DNA from: Ostreococcus lucimarinus
Taxonomy: Eukaryota
Assembly (NCBI GenBank): GCA_000092065.1
Contig: CP000583.1
Length of the DNA stretch: 64,000 nt
Reading direction: 5' to 3' (one strand)
Part shown: piece after piece, positions 38,391 to 47,862 of the stretch
Layout of the letters: each line of letters starts with the position of its first letter
Numbering within the stretch: position 1 is the stretch's first letter
Made by a program: the position numbers and the translations under genes
Notes under the pieces: generated by a model
Told to the model about the DNA's origin: nothing
Database searches by the model: none
What the model saw: the letters and a program-made list of their open reading frames with translations, nothing else

Positions 38391-39926
38391 CTAGTGCCTG
38401 TCGATGTCTTCCAAAATCACCTGGGTCGACGGCGCGAGACGACGAAGATATTTGAACACCCAGAATTTAAATAATACGTCCACGGAGACCGGCACGAAGG
38501 CAACGAAGAGCGAAATGAGTTCTTCTTGTTCCTTCACGCCGTAGTGACCGCCAATGCTACGCAAAAGCGTTTGCCACGCGTCGGCGGAGTGATAGCCGAC
38601 GAGGACGTCCGAGGAGAGCAATAAAATGAAAGCTTGTTGCGCGGGCTCGAGGCTAAAGAATGCGTTCTTCGTCCCAGTGACGACGACTTTGGCTTGATCA
38701 GAGTATACGACAACCATGATCAAGAAAGCAGAGATAAAAACCAAGTCTCCGTACCGGTTGCCTCCGACTTGGATGAAGTGATTGATTTCCTCATCCTCCA
38801 GACGTTGCGCCTCGTGTCGAATCTTTTCCTCCTTTTGAATCGACGTGAGCGGTGCCTCACGACCCATAAGGATGTCAAACTCCATGCGTTGTTGGTAACG
38901 GGTAAGCTTACCGAGAATCTCCGCCTCTTGATCGTCGCGCAGCTCTATCGTGGTCCTGTCCTCGCCCGCTAATTTCAGTTCTTGGCTCACGATGGGATCG
39001 ATGATGGTGAACGTGACAACTTTGGAGATCAAGCTCGGAATGACAAAGAAATTGAACATCCACTTCGCGGCTTCGGATTGCGCAAATTCTTTGACGGCTT
39101 CCGCGAACGATTGACTAAAGTTCGTCTCTTCCTGTTGCTCCGCATCGCCCCCTTCGTCGAATTCGTCTTCCCATTCGCCGGAGAAAAACGCGCTTCCCTT
39201 CTTCTTCGCCTCGACTCGCGCTTGCTGAAGAGCTTTGCGTTTTTCTTGCTCTAGTACGCGCTCTCGCTTCTTGCGCCTTCGCTCGAGCTCTTTTGCGATC
39301 CGTTTCGCGCGACGTTGGCGCTCCAGCGTCTCGAGCTCGTCCACATCGATCGCCGTCTGTCCTAGAATGGCGTCGAATAAATCCGGCGTTCTCGCCTTCA
39401 TCCCATCCAGCGCCGTGCCGTCCAAACGCGAGCTATCCCACGACATACTATCGCCCCATTCTCTCATCACCTTGTCCGCGTCCGTGACCTTGATTTTCGA
39501 CGAACTTTCCTCCTTCTTCTTCCGCTTCGTAAACGTCGCCAACGCGCCGCCGACGTCCACCCCCGTCCACTTCTTCGCCATCTTATTCGACCCGTCCTCC
39601 GCCGCCCGCCCGCTCGACGTCCCGCCGCTCGCATCGCTCTCCTCGCGCGCTAACTCGATCGCGTCTTCCCAATTCCGGTCCGACGCGTCCGCGTCCGCGT
39701 CCGCGTTCGCGCCCCCCTCCGCGGCGGCTTCCGCGTCGTCCCTCTGCGCGATCGCCCGCGGCGCCCTCGTCCCCATCCTCGCGCGCCACGACTCCCGTCG
39801 CGCGCGCGTCCCCGGCGTCACTCCATCGGCGTCCGTTCCGCGCCCTCGCGCGTCGCGCCTCCCGCCGCGCGTCGCCGTTCGAAGCGTCGTCGTCGTCGCC
39901 GACGTGGCCGTCCCTACCCGCGGCAT
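38391..39926 (-). CDS. CemA-like proton-extrusion family protein (nuclear DLDG1/FLAP1-type) with a transit-peptide-like N-terminus.
   Basis: C-terminal membrane region: ...FISAFLIMVVVYSDQ...LVGYHSADAWQTLLRSIGGHYGV..., resembling the CemA motif (GFHS..GWE). The track start at 40088 is GTG. The first ATG is at 39926 (MPRVGTATSATTTTLRTATRGGRRD...). Assignment rests on remembered family motifs. Confidence 0.5.
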   Translation of the reverse strand: MPRVGTATSATTTTLRTATRGGRRDARGRGTDADGVTPGTRARRESWRARMGTRAPRAIAQRDDAEAAAEGGANADADADASDRNWEDAIELAREESDASGGTSSGRAAEDGSNKMAKKWTGVDVGGALATFTKRKKKEESSSKIKVTDADKVMREWGDSMSWDSSRLDGTALDGMKARTPDLFDAILGQTAIDVDELETLERQRRAKRIAKELERRRKKRERVLEQEKRKALQQARVEAKKKGSAFFSGEWEDEFDEGGDAEQQEETNFSQSFAEAVKEFAQSEAAKWMFNFFVIPSLISKVVTFTIIDPIVSQELKLAGEDRTTIELRDDQEAEILGKLTRYQQRMEFDILMGREAPLTSIQKEEKIRHEAQRLEDEEINHFIQVGGNRYGDLVFISAFLIMVVVYSDQAKVVVTGTKNAFFSLEPAQQAFILLLSSDVLVGYHSADAWQTLLRSIGGHYGVKEQEELISLFVAFVPVSVDVLFKFWVFKYLRRLAPSTQVILEDIDRH

Positions 39927-40567
39927 CTTTCGCGCCTGTCGCTCGCGCTCGCGCGCGCGCGCGCTCGCGCGCGTCCGGTTCGACGGGCAAAGACGCGTTC
40001 GCGTCGCTCGCGCGGTCGCGGTGCGCGCGTCGCGCCGCGCGCGTCGCGGTGTGCGCGGGCGCGCGCGCGGTCGACGCGGGACGCACACCCGCGTGCGGTG
40101 CCAGTGAGAAAACGAGGCGCATTCGCGCGCGCTTTGGTGGCCGCAGAGCGCGCCTCGCGACGCGCGGGACGCTCGAGGGCGCGCGCGCGCGAAGAAAAAA
40201 ATCCCATCATGGTGCGACCGCGCGCCGCGGACGACGCGCGACGTCGCGAAGCGCCGCGCGAGACGCGTCGACTCGAAGACGCGCGCGGACTGACGACGAC
40301 GCGATCGACGCGCGAAATCGCGGTGTAGGTGGTGCTGTCGGCGGCGATCGTCACCAAGGGCGGTAAAGGTGCGTGGAGAAGATAACGATGCGTCGAACGG
40401 GACGCGCGGGGAGGCGCGGATGCGGTCGCGACGCGCGCGAGGGTGGGATTTCGAGACGAGGGCGGAACGGTCGAGATCAAAGCGAAAGAAGCTCGGTGAC
40501 GGAAGACTGACGGTGGTGACGCGCGTGCGATGATGATGTAGCGCTGGTGTCGAGGCAGTACGTGCAG

Positions 40568-42250
40568 ATGACGCGCGTGCGCGTCGAAGGGTTGCTCGCG
40601 GCGTTTCCGAAACTCGTCGGAAGCGGGAAGCAACACACGTACGTGGAGACGGAAAACGTGCGGTACGTGTATCAGCCGCTCGAGTGCGGGACGATGTACT
40701 TGCTGCTGGTGACGACGAAGGGCAGTAATATCTTAGAGGATTTGGACGTGTTGCGGTTGCTGGCGAAGACGCTGCCGGAGTACACGCAAGGGCAGGTGGA
40801 TGAAGAGGGTGTGTCGTTCGCGGCGTTCGATTTGATCTTCGCGTTTGACGAGATCATCTCGCTCGGGTACAAGGAAAACGTAACGATGGCGCAGGTGAAG
40901 ACTTTCACAGAGATGAACTCGCACGAAGAAAAGCTGCACAAGATGATGATCCAGAGTAAGATCAACGACACGAAGGATGTCATGCGTCGCAAGGCTACGG
41001 AGATCGACAAGGTCAAGCACGAGATGCAGCAATCAGCGATGCAACGAAGCGGAGGTTACGGCGGCCCGAGCCGCGGATTCGGGGCGCGAGATTCGTTCGA
41101 TGCGCGCGGTGGTTTTGGTGGGCAAAGTGGCGGTTTCGGTGGCCAGCAGGGAGGTGGTTTTGGTGGGCAAGGCGGGTTCGGCGACGGCTCGAGCGGCAGC
41201 TTCGACGACGGACGCAACGACGAGTTTGGATACCTCGGCCGCGGCGGCGGCGGAAGTGGCTCGTTCGGTGACGACCACCCGACGAGTGGCGGGTTCAGAA
41301 CCAGGTACAGCGATGACGTGGGCGGATACGGTCAACAGAGCTCCCCGGGTATGCCCCAAAAGTCTCTCGCCGGGCCGAAGAAGGGCATGCAACTCGGTGG
41401 CAAGCCGAAGACGAACCAGTTCCTGGAGAGTTTGCGTGCCGAAGGCGAATCTGTGGACGCAGATTTCGGCATCGAACCTTCTCGACCTGAAATGCCCGTT
41501 GCGGCGGCGCCTGCGGCGGCGCCGACGGAGAGCGTGAGTCTGGTTGTGGAAGAAAAACTCAACGTCACCTTGAACCGCAACGGCGGATTGGAGCAAATGG
41601 ATTTGCAAGGCAACATGCTTCTCGAAGTGCGCAACGAAGACGACGCTCTCATTCGTGTCGTGACCAAGGCGGGTGAGAACGCTGGGTTTCAGTTCAAGAC
41701 GCACCCGAACATTGACAAGGCTCTGCACGCAAACGAGAAAATTTTAGGCTTGAAGGACCCCAACCGTCCGTTTCCGTGCGGCTCGGCGCTCGGCGTGTTG
41801 AAGTGGCGATTCTCCACTAAGGATGAATCTGCGCTGCCTCTCAGCATCAACTGCTGGCCGACGATCAACGGCGGAGAAACCGCGGTGAGCATCGAATACG
41901 AGGCGTCGGATGCGATGGATTTACAAAACGTCGTCATTTCCATCCCGTGCCCGCCGTGCCGAGACCCGCCCGCGGTGAACTCGTGCGACGGCGAATTCCG
42001 ATTCGACGCGCGCAACGGCGTCATGGAGTGGAATATCGAGCTCATCGACGACAGCAATCGAAACGGAAGCATGGAATTCGTCATTCCTGTGGCCGACACA
42101 GAAGCGTTCTTCCCCATCGACGTCCACTTTTCTTCCGCGAAGACGTTCTGCGATATCGAAGTCGCGAGCATCTCTCGCACGACGGATGGCGCCCCCGTGA
42201 CGTTTGGCGGTAGAACGATGATGCTCGTGGACTCGTACCAAGTCGTATAG
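40568..42250 (+). CDS. ARCN1: Coatomer subunit delta (delta-COP), with a longin-like N-terminus and a mu-homology C-terminus.
   Basis: [46 protein letters not shown]...[28 protein letters not shown] aligns to the delta-COP N-terminus ([26 protein letters not shown]...). The track start at 40547 is GTG. The first in-frame ATG is at 40568. About 14 N-terminal residues found in orthologues are not accounted for, so an upstream micro-exon is possible. AATAAA at 42271. Confidence 0.75.
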   Translation: [560 protein letters not shown]

Positions 42251-42270
42251 ACGTGCGTTGTAATTGCATG

Positions 42271-42276
42271 AATAAA
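42271..42276 (+). terminator. AATAAA polyadenylation-signal-like motif, 21 nt after the delta-COP stop.
   Basis: taattgcatgAATAAAtgaaagaatcgc. Confidence 0.4.
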
Positions 42277-42325
42277 TGAAAGAATCGCTACGCAGTATCT
42301 CTATGATTCTATTTGTCTACTGTAC

Positions 42326-43279
42326 CTACTTTCTAGAGTCCGCCCAAATCGCAGCCGCTACCAATCCGACGACGACGTTTTCCATTTCGCGCTTTCGATT
42401 GAGAAAATTCAAGACGAACATCATCGCCGCAGCGTGCGGTTCCACCGCCGTTCGCAACACGGGAACCACCGCCGACGTCGAGATCAACATCAACGCCTGA
42501 TTGAGCACCAGCATCGTCCGTTGTCGCAAATACTTACGTTTGACGAGCGTTTGCAGGAAGAATTCGAGCACGTACGCCGCATTGAGCAAGAACCAAAACG
42601 CGCGCCACTCAAACAGGCTGATCAAATCCACCGGACGCATCGCCAGACTGACGTTTAATCCGTGCAAAAGCACCGTCTTATACAGCACATACTGCCACTT
42701 CTTCACGCGATACATGCAGCTCTCGAAATCTCGCATCCCGTCCCGATAATTGTTAGAGAACGAATTGATCGGAAAACGACTGCGCGCCGTCCACGCCGAA
42801 GTCGCCAGCAAGCACGCCGTCGCGCGCGTCTCCGCCGAACTTCTCACGAACCACGGCTGAGCGACGCAGTGCACGTACGCAATCTGAAATCCATTCACCA
42901 CGTGGTAAAACGCGTGCTCGAGCATCTCCGCCCCCGTCACCGCCGTCTTCGCGTGCAGCACGCCGCTCCGCACGCCGAGCTGTCGCCGCTCCGCGTGCTC
43001 GTGCGCCTTTGCAAAGTCCCAATGCGCCGTCAGCGTCAGCACGAGCCCACTGACGAACAACATCGCGTCCATCGTCGCCGCGTCGAGGTTCGTCTTTCGA
43101 TGCGCGACGACGTGCGCGCAATATAACGTGAGCACGCCGAGGTGCAGGCTTCCCGAAATTCTGTGTCGACGACCGAATTTACCCAAAAACGCGCGTCTCG
43201 AGCGCGCCGAGACGAGAAGAACGACGGCGAAGTACGACGCGATACACAGAGACGCGCATTCGCGCGCGTCGACGCGCAT
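42326..43279 (-). CDS. Multi-pass transmembrane protein (hypothetical).
   Basis: Hydrophobic segments: ASLCIASYFAVVLLVS, AMLFVSGLVLTLTAHW, VLLHGLNVSLAM, WFLLNAAYVLEFFL, LMLISTSAVVPVL, AMMFVLNFL. The track start at 43363 is GTG. The first ATG is at 43279. Confidence 0.45.
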   Translation of the reverse strand: MRVDARECASLCIASYFAVVLLVSARSRRAFLGKFGRRHRISGSLHLGVLTLYCAHVVAHRKTNLDAATMDAMLFVSGLVLTLTAHWDFAKAHEHAERRQLGVRSGVLHAKTAVTGAEMLEHAFYHVVNGFQIAYVHCVAQPWFVRSSAETRATACLLATSAWTARSRFPINSFSNNYRDGMRDFESCMYRVKKWQYVLYKTVLLHGLNVSLAMRPVDLISLFEWRAFWFLLNAAYVLEFFLQTLVKRKYLRQRTMLVLNQALMLISTSAVVPVLRTAVEPHAAAMMFVLNFLNRKREMENVVVGLVAAAIWADSRK

Positions 43280-43439
43280 GCGCGCGTCGCCGCGCGCGTC
43301 GAAGCGCGGCGAAGTCTGCGGAAGCGGCGCTGCGTCCGCAGCGCTGCGTCGCGAATGCGCCACTCAACGACGCGTGCGGGTGCGCGCTCGAAAGGCGAGT
43401 CGAGTGAGACAGCGCGCGCACGCATCGCGATCGCTCGTC

Positions 43440-44330
43440 ATGGCGGGGTCGTCCAAACGCAAGGCGTCGGTGCTGGAGAAGACGCTGAATAAGTACCGCT
43501 CTGGGCAAAAGGCGGCATCGAAGATCATGACCGCGGCGGCGCGCGATCGCGCGGCGCTGGACGCGCGATCGGAGGCGCAGTACGCGCGCATGAAAGCCGC
43601 GGCGGAGGCGCAGAAGCTCGCGGAGGCGGCGGCGATCGCGGCGATGGAGGCGGAGGCGAAACCCGTGGAGCCGGTCAAGGTGGTGGCGACGAATCTGCTG
43701 GCGAAGCAGAAACACGCGATCGATACGCTCTTCGCGCAGCGACGACCGATGTCGAACGATGATTTGAGAGTTTTCTTGGGCTTTGATTGCAACGTCGGAC
43801 CGCTGTTCGAGTCGCTGAAGAATCACGAGAAGGTTCGATACGACGCGGCGAAGGGGCTGTTCGAGTACAGGGCGAAGCACGACGTGTTGTGCAAGGAGGA
43901 CGTGTTGGAGCTGGTGAATTCGACGCCCGATGGATTAGCGATCGATGAAATCGTCGATGCGTACGTCAAGGCAAAGGATGATGCGATCGCACTCGCGGAA
44001 GAAGACGATGCGGTGATCATGTTGACGAACACGGAGACGAAGAAGAAGGTTTTGTTTAGAAAGCAGCCCGAGTACGAAGTCGACTTGAGTGAAGATTTCG
44101 TCGGATCCTTTCACGACATAGAGATCCCCGAGTACGACGTGGACTTCGATAAGGCGTTGCGCAGAGAGGGGATCGAACCGACACCGCGTCCAGTGTACGA
44201 CTTGGGCCCAGCGCCTGAGGTGGAAAAGAAGAAGAAGAAACGCGCGGTGAACTTTGAGCGCATGAACGTCACCAACGCGCACATGCCCGAGTTGTTCAAG
44301 GCGGCGCAAGTCGACCGATTGGACGGCTAA
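43440..44330 (+). CDS. GTF2E2: General transcription factor IIE beta subunit (TFIIE-beta/Tfa2)-like.
   Basis: From ATG 43440 (MAGSSKRKASVLEKT...). Winged-helix-like core. C-terminal basic motif: KKKKKRAVNFERMNVTNAHMPELFK, resembling the TFIIE-beta K-rich...N.HL terminus. The track ORF starts at 43128 in Arg-rich antisense sequence. Confidence 0.55.
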   Translation: MAGSSKRKASVLEKTLNKYRSGQKAASKIMTAAARDRAALDARSEAQYARMKAAAEAQKLAEAAAIAAMEAEAKPVEPVKVVATNLLAKQKHAIDTLFAQRRPMSNDDLRVFLGFDCNVGPLFESLKNHEKVRYDAAKGLFEYRAKHDVLCKEDVLELVNSTPDGLAIDEIVDAYVKAKDDAIALAEEDDAVIMLTNTETKKKVLFRKQPEYEVDLSEDFVGSFHDIEIPEYDVDFDKALRREGIEPTPRPVYDLGPAPEVEKKKKKRAVNFERMNVTNAHMPELFKAAQVDRLDG

Positions 44331-44482
44331 GTGAGTATTAGCGAGGGACAGTGTAATATGAGTAGATGCTGAAACAGAGTAAAACTTGAATTGAAATCAT
44401 CAAGAGGCGCCGCGTTTTCGTGAGTCGTAAAACAAAGTAAAAGTAATCATCAGGGCGGCTTTGGGCTGCTTAAAGCGTCAAT

Positions 44483-44881
44483 TCAAGACTGACGCATGCA
44501 TTCGTTCGAGATGCCACATTTTCCGAGTGCTTTAACTTCGTCGGACTCGAAGCCATCGTACTTCTTGAGGCAATCGAGAGCGCACTCTCGACCTTCGTCG
44601 CGGCAGTCGCGAAGGCAGCGCGTCGTCATGCGGCACGTCGAATCGTGCGCGCAGTCCTTCAATTCTCGACCACAATTATGAAGGAGGCATCGTAAAACGG
44701 CTCGATTGTCATCGCTGACTTTCTTTCCTTCGCGCACGCGCGCCCACCACCCGTCCGAGCACGGTTTCCACATGTGCTTCTTGTGGTGCTTCCACCCAGC
44801 CTCAGCTGGTTGTGCCACAGCGGCAATCAAGGCGACGATGACGAGCAAGAACGCCCGAGCGCTGAGTTTCGTGTTGAACAT
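44483..44881 (-). CDS. Small secreted Cys-rich protein (132 aa) with a signal peptide.
   Basis: MFNTKLSARAFLLVIVALIAAVAQPAEA, followed by about 13 Cys residues (CSDGWW...CLLHNCGRELKDCAHDSTCRMTTRCLRDCRDEGRECALDCL...CGISNEC). ATG verified at 44881. Confidence 0.45.
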   Translation of the reverse strand: MFNTKLSARAFLLVIVALIAAVAQPAEAGWKHHKKHMWKPCSDGWWARVREGKKVSDDNRAVLRCLLHNCGRELKDCAHDSTCRMTTRCLRDCRDEGRECALDCLKKYDGFESDEVKALGKCGISNECMRQS

Positions 44882-45197
44882 TGAAAATGTAAAGTTCGTT
44901 TTCTTTCGCGACGCGCGTCCGTGCGTTGAAGTGAAGTGACTACGAACGAGGGGGCTTCACATGGCATTAAACGAGGCACATGAGTGGCTGTGATTCTCTC
45001 GGCGAGTGTGAGAGCCTCGTTGGGCTTGTTGATTTATAAATCGTCGCCGATCGCCGCGTGACGTCAACAGACGTGGGCTTTAACGATGCAATCCGAGGTC
45101 CGAGAAGCGTTGCAGATCGCGAGAGGATCGACATCGACAGTAAACCATGTGTTATTCGGTATACAAAAATGCCAAGCGCGGGCTATGATGTAAAGCT

Positions 45198-47315
45198 TTA
45201 CGGCGGAGAGATGAACGCGTGACGCATCGGCTTCACCGCGCCCAGAGGAGTTTCCGGTGGTAAATGAGAAGCGTCGATGTTCCCACTCGCCACGGCATCG
45301 GCCATAATGGCGATAGATTTGATTCCACGCGGTGCTGTTCCTTGACGCTTCGGTGTTTGCACGGTGGCGCCGTACTTGACGTTTCCTTCGGAGTGCATGA
45401 AAGCGGGCGCAGGAGCCGCCTTGACGACTGGAGCCGGTGGTACCATCTCCGCGATAGGTGCCTCGGTCGGCATGACGATTGAAGCGTTCGCAGCGTACGC
45501 TGCTTTTTCTAAATTACGCTGAGCTGTCTTCACATACTGAGTTCGCCAAATCTCTTCGTCACACGTCGCCTCGGCGGCAGCATAAGCAGCGAGACTCGTC
45601 TCGGCGCGGAGTAAAGCCTTGTTGGTCACCAAATGAGCAGCCATTTCACTGCGAAGTAATTCTTCAATCACCGAGCGTGGTGCTGATTGGTCGCACATCA
45701 AATCGAAACGCGACGTCAGCGACGACAGACTTTGTTGCATCCCGATGAGTTTATGCGCCAAAATCGCGCTCCCTTGAATGACGCGATCGTTTTCCGTGCC
45801 GTGCGACGTACCCTCGCCCTTCATCTTTGCCATTTGAATTTGCAGCTGATGCATCGCCGTCTCAGAGTTGCTCAACAGTTGCTCGAGTCGGCCGACTAAC
45901 ACTTTGTATTCCGCTGCCTCTCTCTCAGCCTTGTGCTGACAAAGTTGTGCCGCCGCAGCCGTCATGTGCAGTTCGCACGATCTTGTGATGGCACCGTGAA
46001 GCTCGTCTCGTAGGGAACCATCCGGAATCTGATCAATACTCTCGCGAGTTGCTTGCGCGATTTGTTCCTGCGCGAGCGCCGTGTCCTCATTAATTGCCCC
46101 GAGATCGAGCTCGACTTGACGAATCCCTCGAATTGGTCGAGAAGGAGACATCACTGGCGCTTGAGGCTTGGTCGTCATTCGCGAAGGCTTCACCGGCGAC
46201 ATGGGAATACCACCAACCGAAGTGAGGGCGTCGAGGAGAACACCCATGCCGGCGTGCTGGTCGTCGTCCGACGTGTGCTCGGGCGTCATTTCTCCGTGTA
46301 CACTCGACAGCGACTGACGGGCCTTCTTCCGGCTTCGATCTTTCGCGGCAAGCGTGGACTTGGGAATCGCCGTCGACATCTGCGACGGTAGCACGAAAGC
46401 TGGGACCGTCCAGTGGTTGGACAACCCCTTGCGGTTGCTTCCGCACCCGCATTCAAGCTTGTCCGCGGTGAGAAGAACGTCGTCGCAGTTGCCCTTGGTA
46501 CCGATGATCTGCACCTGGGCGAGCAGTGGGCAAAGCTCGAGCGCTTGTAGGTTGAATCGAGTGACAGTCCACAAATAGTTATCGTCGTTGCCATACCTGT
46601 TCCTGTCGAGGTTTGTTGAGTACTCGTTGCCTTCCGCGTCGGACAACTGATGACGCCTAAGTTCTTCTGGCACTCTGTGCGTACCCGAGTTCAGCGCCAC
46701 AACCTTGGTACGGCGAGTGTTGACGCTGAGTAATTGCAGAATGTTACGAGCACCATCCGTACGTTGGCTTTCAGCCATATCCAAAGCGCGGAGCGTCTGC
46801 AGAAAAGCGCTCGTCACCGATGGACACGCCTCTGTCATCTTTGGCAACTGCTTTTTAACAATCGCCGGAATAGCGTGCTCGTAGTGTTCCCAATGAAAAT
46901 TGATACGATATAAAAGTTGGTTGTTCGTCGGACGTTGCCTCGGCGTCGTCGCGTCCCTCGCCGCGTTGGGGGATTTCATCGTCGCCGGGCTCAACTTTTT
47001 ACCGCCGCTCGCGTGCGAGCCAGCGTTGGACGATTTCCCTACGCTTCTTTGCTGCGTCGACGCCGACGCCTTGAATCCCAAACCCGACTCAATCTTCATA
47101 CGTTTCGCCCCCGTCGCGCCGTTAACGTAACGCCCACCGTCATTCTCCGCATTCGAAGACCTCGACCCGCTCCTCGACATCGTCGACGTCGACGCCTCTG
47201 CCCGCGCTTCCTCCTCCTGCGTCCTCGGCCGCGTTCTCGCCACAAAATCTCCACCCTGAAGTCGGTTCATCGTCGGTTCATACTGCATTTGCCAAAAACC
47301 GTCGTCAGTCGCCAT
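45198..47315 (-). CDS. Hypothetical protein (705 aa) with no confidently recognised domain.
   Basis: ATG at 47315. Non-repetitive middle: ...YRINFHWEHYEHAIPAIVKKQLPKMTEACPSVTSAFLQTLRALDMAESQ...LECGCGSNRKGLSNHWTVPAF... The C-terminal half is coiled-coil-like. Confidence 0.4.
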   Translation of the reverse strand: MATDDGFWQMQYEPTMNRLQGGDFVARTRPRTQEEEARAEASTSTMSRSGSRSSNAENDGGRYVNGATGAKRMKIESGLGFKASASTQQRSVGKSSNAGSHASGGKKLSPATMKSPNAARDATTPRQRPTNNQLLYRINFHWEHYEHAIPAIVKKQLPKMTEACPSVTSAFLQTLRALDMAESQRTDGARNILQLLSVNTRRTKVVALNSGTHRVPEELRRHQLSDAEGNEYSTNLDRNRYGNDDNYLWTVTRFNLQALELCPLLAQVQIIGTKGNCDDVLLTADKLECGCGSNRKGLSNHWTVPAFVLPSQMSTAIPKSTLAAKDRSRKKARQSLSSVHGEMTPEHTSDDDQHAGMGVLLDALTSVGGIPMSPVKPSRMTTKPQAPVMSPSRPIRGIRQVELDLGAINEDTALAQEQIAQATRESIDQIPDGSLRDELHGAITRSCELHMTAAAAQLCQHKAEREAAEYKVLVGRLEQLLSNSETAMHQLQIQMAKMKGEGTSHGTENDRVIQGSAILAHKLIGMQQSLSSLTSRFDLMCDQSAPRSVIEELLRSEMAAHLVTNKALLRAETSLAAYAAAEATCDEEIWRTQYVKTAQRNLEKAAYAANASIVMPTEAPIAEMVPPAPVVKAAPAPAFMHSEGNVKYGATVQTPKRQGTAPRGIKSIAIMADAVASGNIDASHLPPETPLGAVKPMRHAFISPP

Positions 47316-47862
47316 CTACACGCGACGATGATCGCCGTCGCCGTCGTCCGGCGGTTACGCCGCCGGCGTCGATCGCGGATCGTCATCACGCCCATCTTCT
47401 TCCCCACCACCGCCCACATTCCCTTCCGTTTCGCGCGCGTTTACGAGATCACACCACCACGCACCTTCACCGGCGGTTTCCTCGCGCGAATCTCCCGCAT
47501 CACGCGCTCGCAGGGCGTCGTTCGCTCGATCGGAGTCGTCGTTTCGACACGTCGGTCGTCGTCGCGCGATGATGCCGTCGCCGTCGCGCGGTTCCGGACG
47601 CGTTTCGCGCGCGCGGGTGCGGCGCGTTCGTCTCACGACTTTCTGCTCGATTCGCGCGCGGGCGAGCGCGTTGGCGTCGTCGAGGACGTCGGGCGCGTCG
47701 TCGATTGCCGCCGACCGCCAATGCCGGAACGAAAAATTTGAATTTTGGCGGCAAAAGTGCAGAAGTGGTCAATTCGGCGGCGATCGATCGAGCGGTGCGA
47801 CGAAGGGCGAATGACGCACGCGCGACGAATGATTGACGTAGAATACAAAACGGTGAAGATGA

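Noticed and set aside
41033-41728. 231-aa minus ORF and other 100-160-aa ORFs antisense to delta-COP.
   Set aside because: They lie antisense to a strongly supported conserved gene. Their composition mirrors the Gly-rich linker of delta-COP.
47690-47760. Small inverted repeat (CCGCCAA…TTGGCGG, 7-bp stem with a ~23-nt loop) in the 550-bp gap upstream of the 45198-47315 gene. I considered a small RNA or regulatory hairpin.
   Set aside because: The stem is short and not supported by flanking covariation or any RNA-gene hallmark. It could easily occur by chance in GC-rich DNA.
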